A stretch of 62,436 nt of DNA, the filler included, from Sphacelaria rigidula (taxonomy: Eukaryota), in the NCBI GenBank assembly GCA_964200075.2. It is 6 parts of 6 records of this genome, joined end to end, with 100 filler letters (N's around TTAATTAATTAA, not from the genome) between each part and the next. Parts side by side here need not be neighbours in the genome. Positions count along the whole stretch, not along the records: positions 20,849 to 31,171 come from CAXNAA020006721.1; positions 31,272 to 41,594 come from CAXNAA020006722.1; 4 more parts are not named here. One strand, given 5' to 3'. Position 1 is the first letter of the stretch. The number at the start of each line of letters is the position of its first letter. Positions 21,991-36,348 of the stretch are shown here, in pieces. The position numbers and the translations under genes are program-made. The notes under the pieces were generated by a model. The model had not been told where the DNA came from. It saw only the letters and a program-made list of their open reading frames with translations, and did no database searches.

Positions 21991-24900
21991 GGGAGGGGCA
22001 CAAGCAAAGACTGTATTGTACTCCCCGCAAAGAACGAAACACGAAACACCGGCAACAGCAACCGCCATTTTTGTTTCTCGTCCCCAGGAGATAGGTAGGA
22101 CAGGTAGGAATCTTTACCGTGACCTTCGCTCTTGCTAGTTTCGTACAGCGCTAGTGGGTGCGCTCCACCCGCCATCGCTTCGAACCCAGTCCTGAAGCTG
22201 ATTTTTGGTAATACGGTCGGTGTACGGGTAGACACCAAGGTGGGAGTGTCCCCCTGCCCAGGTAGTCTCGGACTTGGATGATCAATCATCCTCACCAAGC
22301 AAACCTCCTTGCAATGTCCCCCATCTGGCCGTTGGTCCTCAGCAACAGCCAGTGCCACAGCAGAAAATCACCCTCGTCCCACGAATGTCACTATACGCGA
22401 GTTCTACTGCCTCTGCACCTGGTGACAAATCTCTCCCAACACGTGGGGCCTATTGGTTCATGACCTACTACTGCTGTGTAAGGTGAGGTGGAAGGTAGTT
22501 GCGAATAAAAAAAGATAAGACACCTTGTTCGCTGGCCGGGGTTCGCGGAAACCCCGCTCCGCTGTTGGTCGGAGTCTGCAATACGTTGGGGTGATGATGG
22601 ACACAAGAAGAAACACCTCGTGTGGGAAAAGGATTGTGACAAGCGGACAAGACCCCCCATATTGGTAGCCCCACCTCACCACTGTACGGAGGTAGGGAGG
22701 TGCCGCCCTGATATAGAATACAATCAACAATGTATCATCATGTGAACACTTTGCGTATGGTTGACGTAGACTTCGGAGAGGTATATGTCTAACTCTTTTG
22801 ACGATTCGGCGCCATAATCAAAGTTCGTTTGTCCCTAAAAAATGCACCTACACAAGTATATCTGTACGGCTGACTATTCGATTCTCATTCACGAATAGCC
22901 GCGCAGGTTGGCTCCGTGCGTCACATGGAATGCTCAAGTAGGGAAGGATACAGTATTACCGCCGGTGCAAGCAAAAAAACAGGTATGATAACAAAGTACC
23001 CGTGGAAGAGCACTGACGCGCCCGCAGGATACTGTACCGCCTGAGGCATGCAGTGACAACTACGCAACACATAAGGCCTGTAGAATATCCGACCGGTCAG
23101 TGATCTCATGGTAGCCTTTTGTTTGTACCACAACCCAAGAAACTGCTGCAACTATACTTCCCACTTTCAGTACGGTAGTCGTACACGAGCTGCTAATGAG
23201 CCACCGTCGCGGTGCCGGGATACGTCCTTCTCTCGCCTCCCGTAACATGCCCAAAACAAAAAGAAGGCACTACATGCAATCATTCAATTATTCTGTGGCA
23301 TGATTACGGTCTGGTGTACGCACATCAGGATTTGAAGCTAGTTAGCCCGCAAGTGTTGAAGAAATAGCAGTCCGGCAATATTATACGATAGCCCCCCCCC
23401 CAATAAGTGCCTGGTTTGGGGAGGAAATTTTTTCACGTAAATCGAAATGAAAAAAGCCGAACATAACGAGCAGCTAGGAATTCCCACGCTTGGGTTCGTT
23501 CTCGCCAATGTCGCCCATACGAGGTGCTTCATGCAGCCTGAACCCGAACATCAGGCGCTATATGAAAAATTGCTTCGTGACATTTTTGGACTGGTTTGGG
23601 GACGGGGGCTATCGTTGAAAGTGTCTACGGGAGTATTTTACGTGGTGCCTGCAGAACCATGTCAGAGTTGCAATTTAATCTGTAAGGCACGGAAAACATC
23701 GCATAGCAGCACACACTAAGGCCAACGAAACATGCAGTCAAGGTCGACGTGGCACAGATAGGATAGAAGTATTCTTCACGTTTTGTCGGATAACCCCGAA
23801 TGGAGTGTATTTTACGGATTGGAACCTCGACACCGGGGTCTACTTCGCGGCCTTCTCCGTCAGAACATTTGAGAAGAACAGTCGGCACAGTATTCCGAAT
23901 AAAGTTGACGGTTTGCAGAACTGCTGACAAGATGCTCCAAAATACACGTCCGGTATTGTTCGGTCCTTTCATCGCCAGGGTGGGTCATCTGTTTAATCCG
24001 AATCATCTTCACTCTAAGAATGAGTGTGACACCTAGGTCGCCCACCCTGGCGGCCAGAGGATTAACGGGTTGAAAACGTTACAGCTGCAGCTGAACTTGC
24101 AAGTACGGACCAAACACCGGGAAAGAACATTGAGAGTTACCCCCCATATATTGTATCAAAAAATTATGTGCTCCCGACGTACGGTACCTGGTAGTCACTA
24201 ATGCCTCGGCGCAGGTGTCTGGTGAGGTGGCCGGATCATGCACGCCCTGGGCCCGGTCCAGACAAGGTCTACATGATATGAACTACTCTAGTGCCTCCAC
24301 CAAACACCATATCGCCACCTTACGAGTCGTCCAAGCCAGATGCAACTTCTCCGAAGACCTCAACAAAGACCTGCGACGAATGCCAACATGAGAGACGAGA
24401 CACAAAATCAGTCGCTCCTTCGACCCACACATTAGTTGATTGACTTTCGGAGGTGAAGTGGTCCGCGACGACTCCAGCCTTGGCCACACGGCAAGCGTAT
24501 CTAAGGTACATAACTGACTGGAAACATTGGCTACACATAGTAAAGGAAGGGAAACTCGAGAAGAGGAGGAAAATGAAAGGTGAAAACCAAAACCATACGA
24601 AACAAAACAAAACAAGCAGAGCGAAGAGGAAGGAAGGAAACGTACATGAGAGCAAACCAACAAGAATAAAGCCATGCTACCGTAACATCCAGTACCGGTC
24701 CCGCATTAATTCCCGAGGGGGACCTGAAAAGGCTTTAGGTAACGACATACAACAGCAATGTGGTAGACGCCGGTAGTAACGTAGCTATCTGGGAACTGCA
24801 CTATTGGGGTGGGGGCTTTTACCTGCTAGCATTACAGAAGCGAGGCATGGACACACAGACGGCCCAGAGGAAAAAAGGAGGAAAAGAGGAAAAAGAAAAA

Positions 24901-26492
24901 AGAAAATGAGAAACAAGGAACGAGAGAGCAGAAGAGGAGGAAAGAAGAAAAAGTACGAAAAGGTTGAAAGAAAAGGAACCCAGGAACGAAAAAAATGAAA
25001 ACAGGAAACAGAGGTAGGCACCATCGCTAGAGCTGCAAGCTAAGGAGAGGGGTCTACAACCGACGGAATCAGAGAAGAATATGAGGTTCCGTGTTACACG
25101 TCCCACCTCCCTTATTCCTAGTCAGGGACGCAGCGGGTTGCTTTCGGGTGATTTCTACTTTTTATTTCTCGTCGACTGTTGCTGCTCTTCTTACGCCAAA
25201 GGTTGCCAAGGTACACGAGGGTGGAACACAAACGAAACGATAATGGTGACATGAGCGCCAGCAACAAATGGTACGACATAGCAGTTTGGAATGAATAAAT
25301 GATGTGAGAATGACCAAGATGCTATCTATGTGAGGGGTTTCAAACAAATATCAGCATGCAGGGCGACACAAAAGGAAGAAGGGCAACCGCTTGGAGATGG
25401 GCAGCACCATAGGACTTGTCAACCCACCATAAATCTCCAGCCCAAAGTGACAACCGTACACCTCTCGAACGCACTCCATCACCGAACGTTCAAATATGCC
25501 CGCCTTCATCCAAGGTGAGAATAGCTGAATCCTGAATCGTGCACAAAACCGACCCAGTTCTTCCGTTTCCTTCTCCCCATCTTCTTATTATTGTTTCCAC
25601 ACAGTAGTCCACATCCCTCTCCTGTATTTGACGAGGCTTGAGGAGAATGACGTCTTGCGGAAATTATTACATATACTCGCAAACCTGGGGCGGTTCCTTG
25701 GTCCCGTTTTTTCAACTAATCTCTCCTCTGCTTATCCAATAAGTGAAGGCACTCCCTCTCCACTTCACTGAGATTTTGAAGTGCGAGAGAGAATGTAGCT
25801 GGAAATGAGACAGCCCGCTCGATATTGAAGGGATCTATCTTCGAAGCTGTTTGTTGTCCCGAGGCGAGGCAAATTCACGATCACTATTACACTCAATACT
25901 GTAAGTACAAAACCAAGTTGCCGTACCATAAAATAAGACTGGCCTTGCTCCGGAGCCGAGGCACCGTTTCCTTCCGTACATGGCCACTCTCCGCCCACCC
26001 GCCTGCTCTCCTCTCGCTTCTCTTCGCTGCCCTGTGCAACGGCTGACGTAAATTACTGCTGCCGCGAGCCAACGACTTAACAGGGGGCTTCGACCATAGC
26101 CCCCGCTATGATGGAGCAACTCAGGGTGTGGAGTAACGAAGATCGTAGCGGGAGGGACGAGGACGGGGACGAATGGATCGGTTGGGGAGGGGATAGTCCG
26201 CTGCTGTCCCGGATTGCGCTGGGTAGGCGTGCGTTGTGTAGTTGTTTCCGCTGCGCACTATTGTTCCCGCTTCAAAAAGGCCTCGCTGGAACCTAGAGAA
26301 TGAGAACGATGCGTGTGCAAAGGAAACGAGCACGCACGGGCGCAAAAAACAAGCAGGAACGTAGGACAACGACGGAAGATAAGAAGAGGCAACCGCAGAC
26401 GCCAGCATTGAGCGGACAACGCGGGCACATGCTTTGAGAATCGAGACTTCAGGAACACCAGTATACAAGTTCGATGAAAGCTGACGGAACAG

Positions 26493-26906
26493 GGAATGCT
26501 CGAAAATGGGGTTGAAAATAAGTATGAGGTTCAACTCGAAAGCCATGCTTTCCCTGATCTAAATTCATGACGAACGACTTTGATATGGACGACCTCATCC
26601 CTCCCCACCTCCCCAAAACTATTTCGGGGGATTCCTAGCCTTCCGTTCCCCCAAAGGGTGTGTGTGAAAGCACGACTTTTGAGCCAAACAAATTCCTTTC
26701 TCCACCCCAAAATCGAGGCAAAAGTGTGCTTTCGCACATACCCGTTGGGAGAACGGAAGGCTAGAAATACCCCTCAATAGTTTTAGGGAGATCGGGAGGG
26801 ATGAGGTCGTCCGTATGAAGGTCATTTGCCATGAATTTAGGTCAGGGAAAGCACGACTTTTGAGTTGAACCTGGTATTTGTTTTCAACCCAATTTTCGAG
26901 AATCCA
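26493..26906. mobile_element. Foldback MITE with ~190-bp inverted arms
   Basis: ctcgaaaatggggttgaaaa...ctagccttccgttcccccaaagggtgtgtgtgaaagcac / gtgctttcgcacatacccgttgggagaacggaaggctag...ttttcaacccaattttcgag. Confidence 0.85.
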
Positions 26907-29036
26907 TTATTACGGGCTGGCGAATAGGTGATCGTTATGATCCAAAGCTCGACAAGAAATCGTCAGGCCGGCACCGCGGGAGAGAGCCGTTGATACCTCG
27001 AGGCCATTACCCTGTCCCGAGGGAAAAGGGCGGGCTAAGATTCTCAGGGCTTCCTCGGAACGTTTCCCACAGTTTCTTGCGGTATAATAAGCAGTATTGG
27101 CAGCTTAATCGCAGATCCGCACAAAATTCGAAATCCTGCACCGTACCGCAGCACGGTATGTATGGCAAAATCATCAATTTATTGCAGTTTAATACTATGC
27201 TGTACGATTCCGTATTCCAAGTATATATTCAACGTGGGTACTCGTTTATGTTGTGAAGTGTGGCTGAGAGGTGAGCTATACATGCATGGTATCCTCACAA
27301 TGCCCTGGCTAGGCTTTAGACGGGGATACCCCGTGTATATTTTGTTACCACGTGTTTTGCTTTTAACAGTGAAGAGCACAGTGCAGTATAGTCCACACCT
27401 GCTCCTTCTGAAGAGACTACGTAGCTTATATTTATTTCTACGGCTTTTGGTTCAGCCTGGTGATGGTAAGTATTAAGGTTTTACCGCGGGACGTGGTATT
27501 TGATGTTTGGTGGGGTCATGAGGGACAGTCCATGACGCCGTTTCCAGTTTTCGACCTTCATGCTGTAGCATCGTGAGATAGGTAGCCTTGATGCTTCCCA
27601 AACCGTGTAGACCGTGTTGTTGCTTCGGTTGATGGGGTATTTGGTATTTGGTAGTTGTGTGTGCATTTTGTGTACAGTATTCATTTGTGTATTTTATTTT
27701 TATGCAATTTCTGTTTTGTATGAGTTGTCGTACTCCATATTTCGACTGTGTCGCCCTTCCCACGTATTTCAATTATTTTCTCGTGTTGTTGCGACCACCG
27801 GTGGCTTTGCTTGCGCTTCCTGTTTGCTTGTACTTCAGATTCATATGAATTGATGGAAATTGCAATCTGGTTCGCAATTTTTTCTTCAGGCTGAAACGAA
27901 ATGAGTGTAGATTGATTTGTCGACCGCACATGATCTTCGCCATATATTTGTTCAAAGTTCATTTCTGTTTCTGCTCCGTGACTATTGGGGACGCAATAAA
28001 CTGGTTGATAAAAATTGCAATCGCGCACATGAACAGCCATGCACAGTGCATCACGCCAACTGCCGCGATTTTTCCTGACTGGGCGATGTGCTTTCACATT
28101 CCCGCAGTTCCCGCGATTTCGGTTATTCACCACATGAATATCGCACTCGTCCGACTCGTCCTGCCCATACCGCAGTTTAGGACAGGGAGAGTCAGCCACC
28201 GAAGTAACGTGAGATCCACAACAACAATATGCCAGGTACAATTTACCGCACCGTGCGTACCGCACTGTACAGGTATCAAACACCTTGTACCGAACTGATA
28301 CCGCGTCAGTCGAGTAGCATACTATATAATCGTTCCCAAAACCGGTTCCGAGGCATGACCTGGAAATTATGATGGATAATCAACACAAACAGAACAACAC
28401 ACCAGAGCAAATCAAAAGTACGAGCAAAACACGCTCATCCCAAACCAACCGAAAACAGGCCTTGAGTACTGTGCAATGCACCACACCATCACGACACGAA
28501 TGTTTTAGTGCCCAACGAATGACCTCACGGTCACCTTAAATAGGTACATCTGATGCAGGCGGTAGCAATAACAACCGATTAAACCGCCATCTCACTGACT
28601 CCTCACTGCAGGATGACCCAACCAATGAAGTGTTATTGGCCACAACAATGGCAACAGCATACGGTATACTTCGTATGCAGTCTGTGCCAGGTTACTGGTC
28701 GTTGGCAGCATTAACATCGTACACGAGACCCGACGCCACCCATGCATCGTTCGTCACCATCATTCACTGAGAGAGCATATGCGGTTGATTTTTCTCAAGA
28801 TTAATAGGTATTGGCGAAAACGACGCGGAAAGGAGAAAGCCAAGCAGAAAGATGCGATAGGTGTCGTGTCTTGCGTTCAATTATGTTAGACGGAAGCGCC
28901 TTGTTGGGTCGATACGCTTAAGGGCTGTCGCGATGATTGCTGTATATGTGACTACCAAAAACTTACACACTATATGAAAAACATACACACGGTGCAACAC
29001 TACGATCCTTCTGGCATAAAGTACACATCATGAACA

Positions 29037-29037
<1 letters not shown>

Positions 29038-29103
<66 letters not shown>

Positions 29104-29170
29104 CGCACTGTGACTGACCACCCACGTGTCCGGCCGTGGTCACATGATAGACGCACTCGAGAAAAGCAAA
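29038..29170 (-). mobile_element. Non-LTR retroelement 3' end with (CAAT)n tail
   Basis: About 15 ATTG units followed by tgtcgcac...ccgtggtcacatga; the same end occurs at ~52650-53095. Confidence 0.6.
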
Positions 29171-31171
29171 ACTGAAACACTCGTTCAAGGAAACGAGGGA
29201 TAAGAAAAAAGTCGAACAGATATATATGTTCATATAAGTAACCTTACATATTCCGTTTGAAGTTAAATCTTCACAGACAACGTACATAGTGAGTACGACG
29301 CGCAAAGTGATTGAAACCGGGATGACAGTCGGACCATGCAAACAAGCCAAGTTGAAGCACACATTTTCAGGCCACACCTCCCGACTCAGTTGACTTCCGC
29401 GAATGTCCCTGCCTTGTTCATTCGCCCCACCATATCCTGCACCTCCTGCCGTCCATGCATTGGTCACATCAAAACAGGGACGACAAGAATACAAGGTATC
29501 GAAATAACGACCGCGAAGAACAGAAGGCCTACACAGCCGCACGACTAGTTTCTCCGCTGTTGGAGTCCTCTGCTTCAGGGTTGCAACGAGAGTACCAATC
29601 AATCTCGTGAATACCCCTCCCATCATGGACACAAATATGAACTACAATCGAAGCGGACACTTTTCCTCGGGTAAGAGGAGCCATTTCAATGATCTGGACG
29701 TAGTTTCGAAAACCGTACTGTTTTGTTTGCATACAGTAGCTGTTCCGAATTTGGGTACATAATAACATGTTCTTACTAGCTGTGCAGAAGCCAGTAGAGT
29801 AGAGCAATGAAAGCTCCAGATTGCAGCTGACGCACCCCTCTGCACCACGCTAGCAACAGCTAGGTCGCCACCATAGGTATGTTTTGTCCCTCCGCATGTC
29901 AAGAAGGTCTCCACAAGTTTTTGATCTCTCTCACCCCCCCCCCCCCCCCCCACCCCCCCCCCCCCACACGACCTCTACGNNNNNNNNNNCTCCGCATTTC
30001 AACACCGCCCCCCCAACTTTTTGATCTCCCCCCCCCCCCCCCCCCCTACGCCCCCCCCCCCAACTGGCCTGTGGCGGGCTCTTGTGCTCATATCGGGTAA
30101 AATCAACGATGAATAACACCCCCCAAGTTTAAACTGGATCATCTGCTATTTTTGCCGCGCAGCGCACCGTCCTTGCTGGCATGTGTGGGACAGAGAACAG
30201 TACTGTAGTAGCGGTGATGGGAATATTACCCAGTTTTTCAGCGCACAGAAGCGCGTCCTGTCCAAAAAGAGAGGCAGAGAGAAATCGATATTTGCATCAT
30301 TGGTGACCTCCGCATACAAGGGGACGAAATCTCTTCGCAGCTCGATGTGCTTTGGGGATACCTGCAGGCACATGAGAAATTTGGCACGTGCTGATAACAT
30401 GCATGATGCCAGTCTTTCGAGCGATTGGTAATCGCCCGGCAAGGGCACACAAAGGACACGGGCGAGGAGCTTCCTCTCTACTATCGTTGCTCCTCTCTCT
30501 GGTGATGTCGTCATCGACACGCGTGTACACCGCAGTCGTTCGGTGCATTTTGCCAAAACTGATTGTTCACAGTTGCGGAGTTGTGGGGGGAAAGATGGTT
30601 TCGCTCTGTGTTACTACTTCGCGTCGTCTCTGCAAAAAATATGCCACTTGAGCCTCATTTTTGAGATTAACCTCATTTTTCAGGATCCGCTGTTAAATTA
30701 CGAGAGTCGTATTATACGTATAGGTGTTTGGTGTTTGGTGTTCGGTTGGGGGTGGGTGGGTTGGGATAGGCTTTTTTGTCATTCTGGGGTGTTTTGGACG
30801 AAAGGAACATAATAGAACATGGAAGCAGAGGTAAGATAGATATGTTAAATTAATTAATTAATTGATTGATTCGGTTGGGATTGGATGGATGGTTGGATTG
30901 TATTTTTTGGGCAGAGGGGGAGACAATATGATAGCATTGTATGGATGGCCACAGATGTGCATTTCCTGGAAATCGTGTCAACGCAGTGCATGCACCCTGC
31001 AGTACCGGTGGTCCGTGTCAACCGCGCATGAACCCATGCAGTACTGATGGTCTGCTTTATCTCGATTGGGCAAGTGCCGTACTTGCGCAGCATAGATAGC
31101 CAAAAACAGCCAATCATCTATGTTGAGGATGGTGCTTTTGATTGAGGATGAGAACCCGGAGGATTAAAATC

Positions 31172-31271
31172 NNNNNNNNNNNNNNNNNNNNNNNNNNNNN
31201 NNNNNNNNNNNNNNNTTAATTAATTAANNNNNNNNNNNNNNNNNNNNNNNNNNNNNNNNNNNNNNNNNNNN
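31172..31271. other. Artificial contig linker
   Basis: 44 N + TTAATTAATTAA + 44 N. Confidence 0.98.
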
Positions 31272-31411
31272 AAGCACTGTTTGAAGCTTGAGCCTCATCT
31301 CGAAGTTAAACCTCAATTCGCACAATTTGTTGTTATGGTGTCGCTCAAGAAAGTAGCCAAGTCACAGTGACTGTTCTTGTCTTCTTTTTTCATGCATAAT
31401 CTGTTCCGATT

Positions 31412-31622
31412 AAATTCGACCTCACGGTCGACGAGGGAAGGGGAGTGCTGAACCCCTCTGTCGATGAAAAGAAAAGAAGGGAAGCACCGCAGCAAGGTGG
31501 AGAACAAAACTAAAAAGAAGAAACTCCCGTGTTGGCCTTCCTCCTGTGTGACCCTGGATCATGCGCCCATATATATACCGAAAGGTTTAAACTGGCGTCC
31601 AGAACAGATGGGACAACACAGA
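31412..31622 (+). mobile_element. 5'-truncated SINE copy
   Basis: cacggtcgacgagggaagggga..gctgaaccc...aagcaccgcag...cttcctcctgtgtgacc...ggcgtccagaa.agatgggacaacac. Confidence 0.8.
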
Positions 31623-33290
31623 CGACACCGCAAATACAGACGTTGCTCAGTCGCCAAGGATCAATGTACACCGACCACCTGCCCTGCAGCCGTAGCATTC
31701 ACAGCTAGTTCGCAAGCCTGTACAAGCCGGGAAAATCGTTCAGGCACGTGCTGCAAGGTACAGTATATACTTTCGTCGTTGTCCATCTGATGAGTGGGGT
31801 ACCCACCCATCCAAAATGGGGTACCCCCCATCCACCCGTCGCTCAGAATAAGGTTTCCCGGCAACTGTTGGGTGAAAAGGCGTATTGCAGTCTGTACGGT
31901 CCCTTGGTTGGACACAAGGCATGGTCACTAATTTGGCGCATTTTCTTCGGAAAAGAGGCATACCCTACATTTAGTGAAAAAGATAATCCCCGTACACTTC
32001 GAGAGATAGTGGGAAAGACGAATAATTCCGGACGGACGGGAGTGGCAATACTGGATCGATACCATGTTCGAACAGTCGACAGCGCTGGCAAGGGGAGACG
32101 CCTTCGACAGAGGGTGACAAATTCAATCGATCACCCGTCTTCTGGGGTACACCCGGTCTAGTTTCGCATCAAAATAGGTATTTTTCCTCACATCTGGGCG
32201 ATCTTCACGACCAAAAAGATTCAGAATCCGGTCAAGACTATATCCCAGGGTAGAAGCTGGAAACCTGTTGGAGCGAATCGTTCCGCGGACAAATCCGCCA
32301 AGGACCCCATTGCACCGGTTTTCCGTGAATTTCATGAGGACGGTCCTCAATGATAATCTTCGTTGTTCACAACAGGCGGCCCCAACGGGTCGAAAAGCCT
32401 GGACAGATTTGAGAGTTTGCTGCGCTTACAGTTCGAATCTCACGAAAAAAAAATTCGGCGTCGCTCACCCGAGACAGCGCGGACGCGTCTCGCCGTTCAC
32501 CCAGTACGAAGCTCGATGCTTCGGGAAAAGGCACGGGATCACCTGGGCGAAATCTACACCTCTCTGCAGCTGATCCCCGAAACGTGAGGAACGACTGCAG
32601 GTTAGTCCATTTCACAAAACACAGGACTGGGTCACGTGAGTCATATTTCAAAACCAATCATGCCGTCGAGGTAGGATTCATCCGAGACTGGATCGACAGG
32701 CCGCGTCCGTTTCTTTAATTCAGACTGCACGGAAACGTTGTTTTCATCGCTGTATTCCTTCATCAACCGAGGCCGCCGCACTCGAACGCAAACTGCTTCC
32801 GAGCGCTATTCCGACCACCGAAAAGTCGCTAAAAACGGTCAGCCGTTAGATGGCCCATCAAGCTCAAGCAATCGTGCCGACGCGTACGCTACACAAGCCA
32901 CGTCCCCCAAGAGCAGCGTGAACGGCAGTTGCCAACGCGGTACTACCCACTACATCCCGAAAGTATTCCCGCAGCCGCAATAATTTCCGCAGAAGCGCGT
33001 TACAAGGATCAAAACTTCTCGGGAGTGACCCGCCCAAAATCGTGCCCTAAGGTGCCGTACACACAAGGAAACAAAATTGTAAACGCATGTCAACGTTGAT
33101 CAAAATTCCTGTGCATACCCGTGTGCCCGCCGCCCCGTCCCTCCCTCCCCACCGTCCCTCCCTCCCCTACCCTCTCATCCTCCCACCGGTCCATTCGTCC
33201 GCAAAGAAAAACTGTTTACAATGGGTTACAAGAAATTGACCAGACTCATCAATCTCACTACTTCCCTCGACGGAGGTCGATAGAGAGCGT

Positions 33291-36200
33291 TTAGTTGAAG
33301 GTGTACGATGCGCCGACAAGGTCGTTGATGATGTAGGGCTGGTTGGAGAGCTCCTCGTGTACCATCATGGCCAGAATGCCCATCTGCGCCGCACGGCCGT
33401 TGTTCAACTCGATCGCGCGCTTGGATGCCTGCGTCTCCTCGGACATTGAGGTCCATGCGTCCGGGGTGCCGGCGAGGGTGAAGTCTCCTGGGAAGGAGCC
33501 CTCAACGTTCTTCATCACGGCCAACTCAAGGAAGCCGATGAATGCCACTATTTGAGCGAAGCCAAGCGGGGGGATCTTGGATAGGGCCGCGACACCGTTG
33601 GGCATGTCGGCGAACGAGATCCCCGCGGAGGTGGACAGCATGCCGGGCAGGCGGACGTTTTGCTGGGTGAGGTGACCGGCAATTGCAAGCATGGCAATGC
33701 GGCCGTGCTTGACCTCCACGTAACGGAGGCGGTCAAACCGCTCCTGGTCGGCATCGGCCAAAAGGCCAAGCGGGTCCCAGAAGCCGAGCGGGGGCTGGGC
33801 GCCGATCTCGGACTCGAAGGCCATCTTCATGGCAGTGGAGGACCTGGTGGCCTGAGTGAGAGCGGCACCGTTGAAGGCGCTGTGTTTCCGAACGCAAAAG
33901 GGAGGCAAAGATATGCAGCGGAGGGTAGACTCAGTATCAGCAACCGTTGTTCCAAAAAGTCGATATCCCAGATTCACTGCCCATTTCGTTCCGTGGATGA
34001 CGGAGTAAGTGTCGAAAGCATACTTTTCAACAACGCCACGCACATTTTGCCCGCAACGCCAACTCACAGCTACAAAAAAGTCCATCAGGGCACCACGTTT
34101 CATCCGGCGGGTCAAGGTCCATCCATTATGGTGCCGACCCAACGTGAATGCTAAAGCACAGCAGGGTACCCGCAGTCCTCATCGCAGGCACCCCTGGTAT
34201 TGATATGTAGCCTACTTAATTTTCATCATCAGCGTCATGTATCACTTTTCCGTGACCATGTCGTAGTTCGCCGATACCCGTGTCCTCATTCATGTCTCAG
34301 GCCGATACAGAACTTCCAGGGTTACACATTTAAAGAGTGTCACTGGGCACGTCGTCCCCGTCCCTCCTTCCTGCCACGAAGCTGTGGAGAGCCCACCGAT
34401 GAATTCGGTCATCCAGCCTCCAGGATCGGGCGTGCAACGAGTAATTCGGTCATCTAGTGAGGTCCGTCAAAATGTACCCTCGATGAATAATTTGAACAGT
34501 CCGGGTGTCACTGGACAAAGCCTGAGAAACAAAAGTGTGCCACAAGACCCGACCGGTAGCATACTTCCGGTACACGTTCCCCCGAGCACTCATGGTACGC
34601 CTCATCCCAAATATTAGACAGAATCCATGCAGTGGGGCATCTCTGGTATCGTGTGCTACTGCTGGGCTGATTGTCATGGTCCGAAGAAGTAGGCCCGACG
34701 TGGTGCCGCGAGGCGCTGATACACTGTGGTGAGGAAATCTAGTCCCATCTCTGATATCGTGGTATGACATCGTGACATATCGGTGTCCCACTGCTGGTCT
34801 GATCATCATGGTCTGGACTCTAATCTAGAGAATGCGGCTAGTGGAGTGATACCCGATGACACATGGATGTTGCGGGAGTAAGGCATCAATATTTTCCAGC
34901 CCGTACCACTCGGAACAGTTTCCAGCACAAGGCACACTCAGAAAAAAGATGAGCGCTCATGTGAAGGTGAAATTGAATGTCGTGTGACCATCACCGATTG
35001 CTGTTTGTACAGGCTGACGTGGCAGCATACGATAATAATCGAACCAATAAACTTCGTCGTGGGGATCATCGCGATGCTCTTGCCAGAATTCCACGGCCAC
35101 GTACATCGCAAACCATGTTCTCAACTGATCATCGCAAGATCCGACCATACGCTTCAAAGCTGAGAACCTCAAGAACCTTTCAATTACATGCAACGAGGCA
35201 CGTGTCAGTTGACTAGGAATGCCGCATCACCCACGTGCTGCGTAAGAACTTAATTCGCCTCGGGTCACAGTGGTGCTGGTTTTTGTGTCAGTTACTACCG
35301 CATGCTGATTGCAACCCCACGCTTCCATGCATGTGGCATTTCATGTTTCCCCACCCTAGTGGGTATAGTAGCTGTTACAAATTGCCCCATCTTCTGGCAT
35401 CAAAGATCTTCGCGTCAGATCACATGAAACATGCACAACTCAAGTCTCGCTGTATGAGTTTCATGGGTTCATGGGTCAAGAGTCAGACTGTGCAGCTCCG
35501 AAGGGTAAAATTCTCCCTCCCCCTGCGATTTTGTCACGTGGACGTGCAGAGTGTTGCTTGCGACAAGTCCCGGTCGACAAACAGAGGCAGCCATCACCCT
35601 AGAAATCGCTTTGGTCCACGGTGAGACTTGGTGAGGACGACATGTGCGAATAGGCGTTCATACTGATACTGAAACAGTTTTGGCGGCAAATCGTGGAGCA
35701 ACTTTTCAAAGTTTCACCTAAAAGATCACGGCTTCAACGTTCTAGACATTTCGAGGCCCGACGTGATAGACCGCCAATCCACACAGTGACCAGCTGCTTC
35801 CGACAACCACGCACCGTGCATGCGATGGGAGTAACCTCATGAGTTGACTATCCGCCTAGACTTGTGCGCGCTAGGAGTCTGGCGTGTACGATTGACACCG
35901 GAAACATGGAGATGCTGGATTCGACATCCGTGGAAGTCAAGGAGACGGGTCCATGTATGCACAGTGGGTCCATACATGCACAACCTCAACACTAACTGCT
36001 CGGGTGGTGGGATACTTGATGGGAGGAGATAGGGCCAGGGAAGACGAAAACACTGGTCAAATCATGTACAAGCAAGGGCACACACGAGTCAATTCACATG
36101 AGCGCAGACCCAAGATTGAGAAAGCTCACAAGAGCGCACGATCTGCAGACATCTTCCTAGCTTCGGCAAGCACCGATACGCCGTGAATACTCTCAGCACT

Positions 36201-36348
36201 ACTCCATAAGGCATGAACGGTCTCATGTCTTCTACACCGCACGACACTAGACGAAGTGCCATGTAACGATTAGTTCATGTTCTCACCTGGGAGCCACGAA
36301 GGCCTGGGCACCGGCAGCGCAAGCAACAGCCATGACAGCGGACTTCAT
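33291..36348 (-). CDS. LHCF: Fucoxanthin-chlorophyll a/c light-harvesting protein (LHCF/FCP), 216 aa; exons 36348-36287 and 33879-33291
   Basis: Exon 1 MKSAVMAVACAAGAQAFVAP (signal peptide + ASAFAP-type motif) joins in phase 2 (AG/C) to SAFNGAAL...MAFESEIGAQPPLGFWDPLGLLADADQERFDRLRYVEVKHGRIAMLA...ELNNGRAAQMG...YTFN*. 2407-bp GT-AG intron. Confidence 0.97.

Noticed and set aside
29650..30640. Possible small minus-strand exons (VSPKHIELRRDFVPLYAE; IIEMAPLTRGK)
   Set aside because: Splice sites are plausible but there is no recognisable domain or extended phase chain, so no gene is called.
33880..34142. N-terminal 87 aa of the 283-aa LHCF ORF in the track
   Set aside because: Intronic read-through; the true N-terminus is the signal-peptide exon at 36348-36287.
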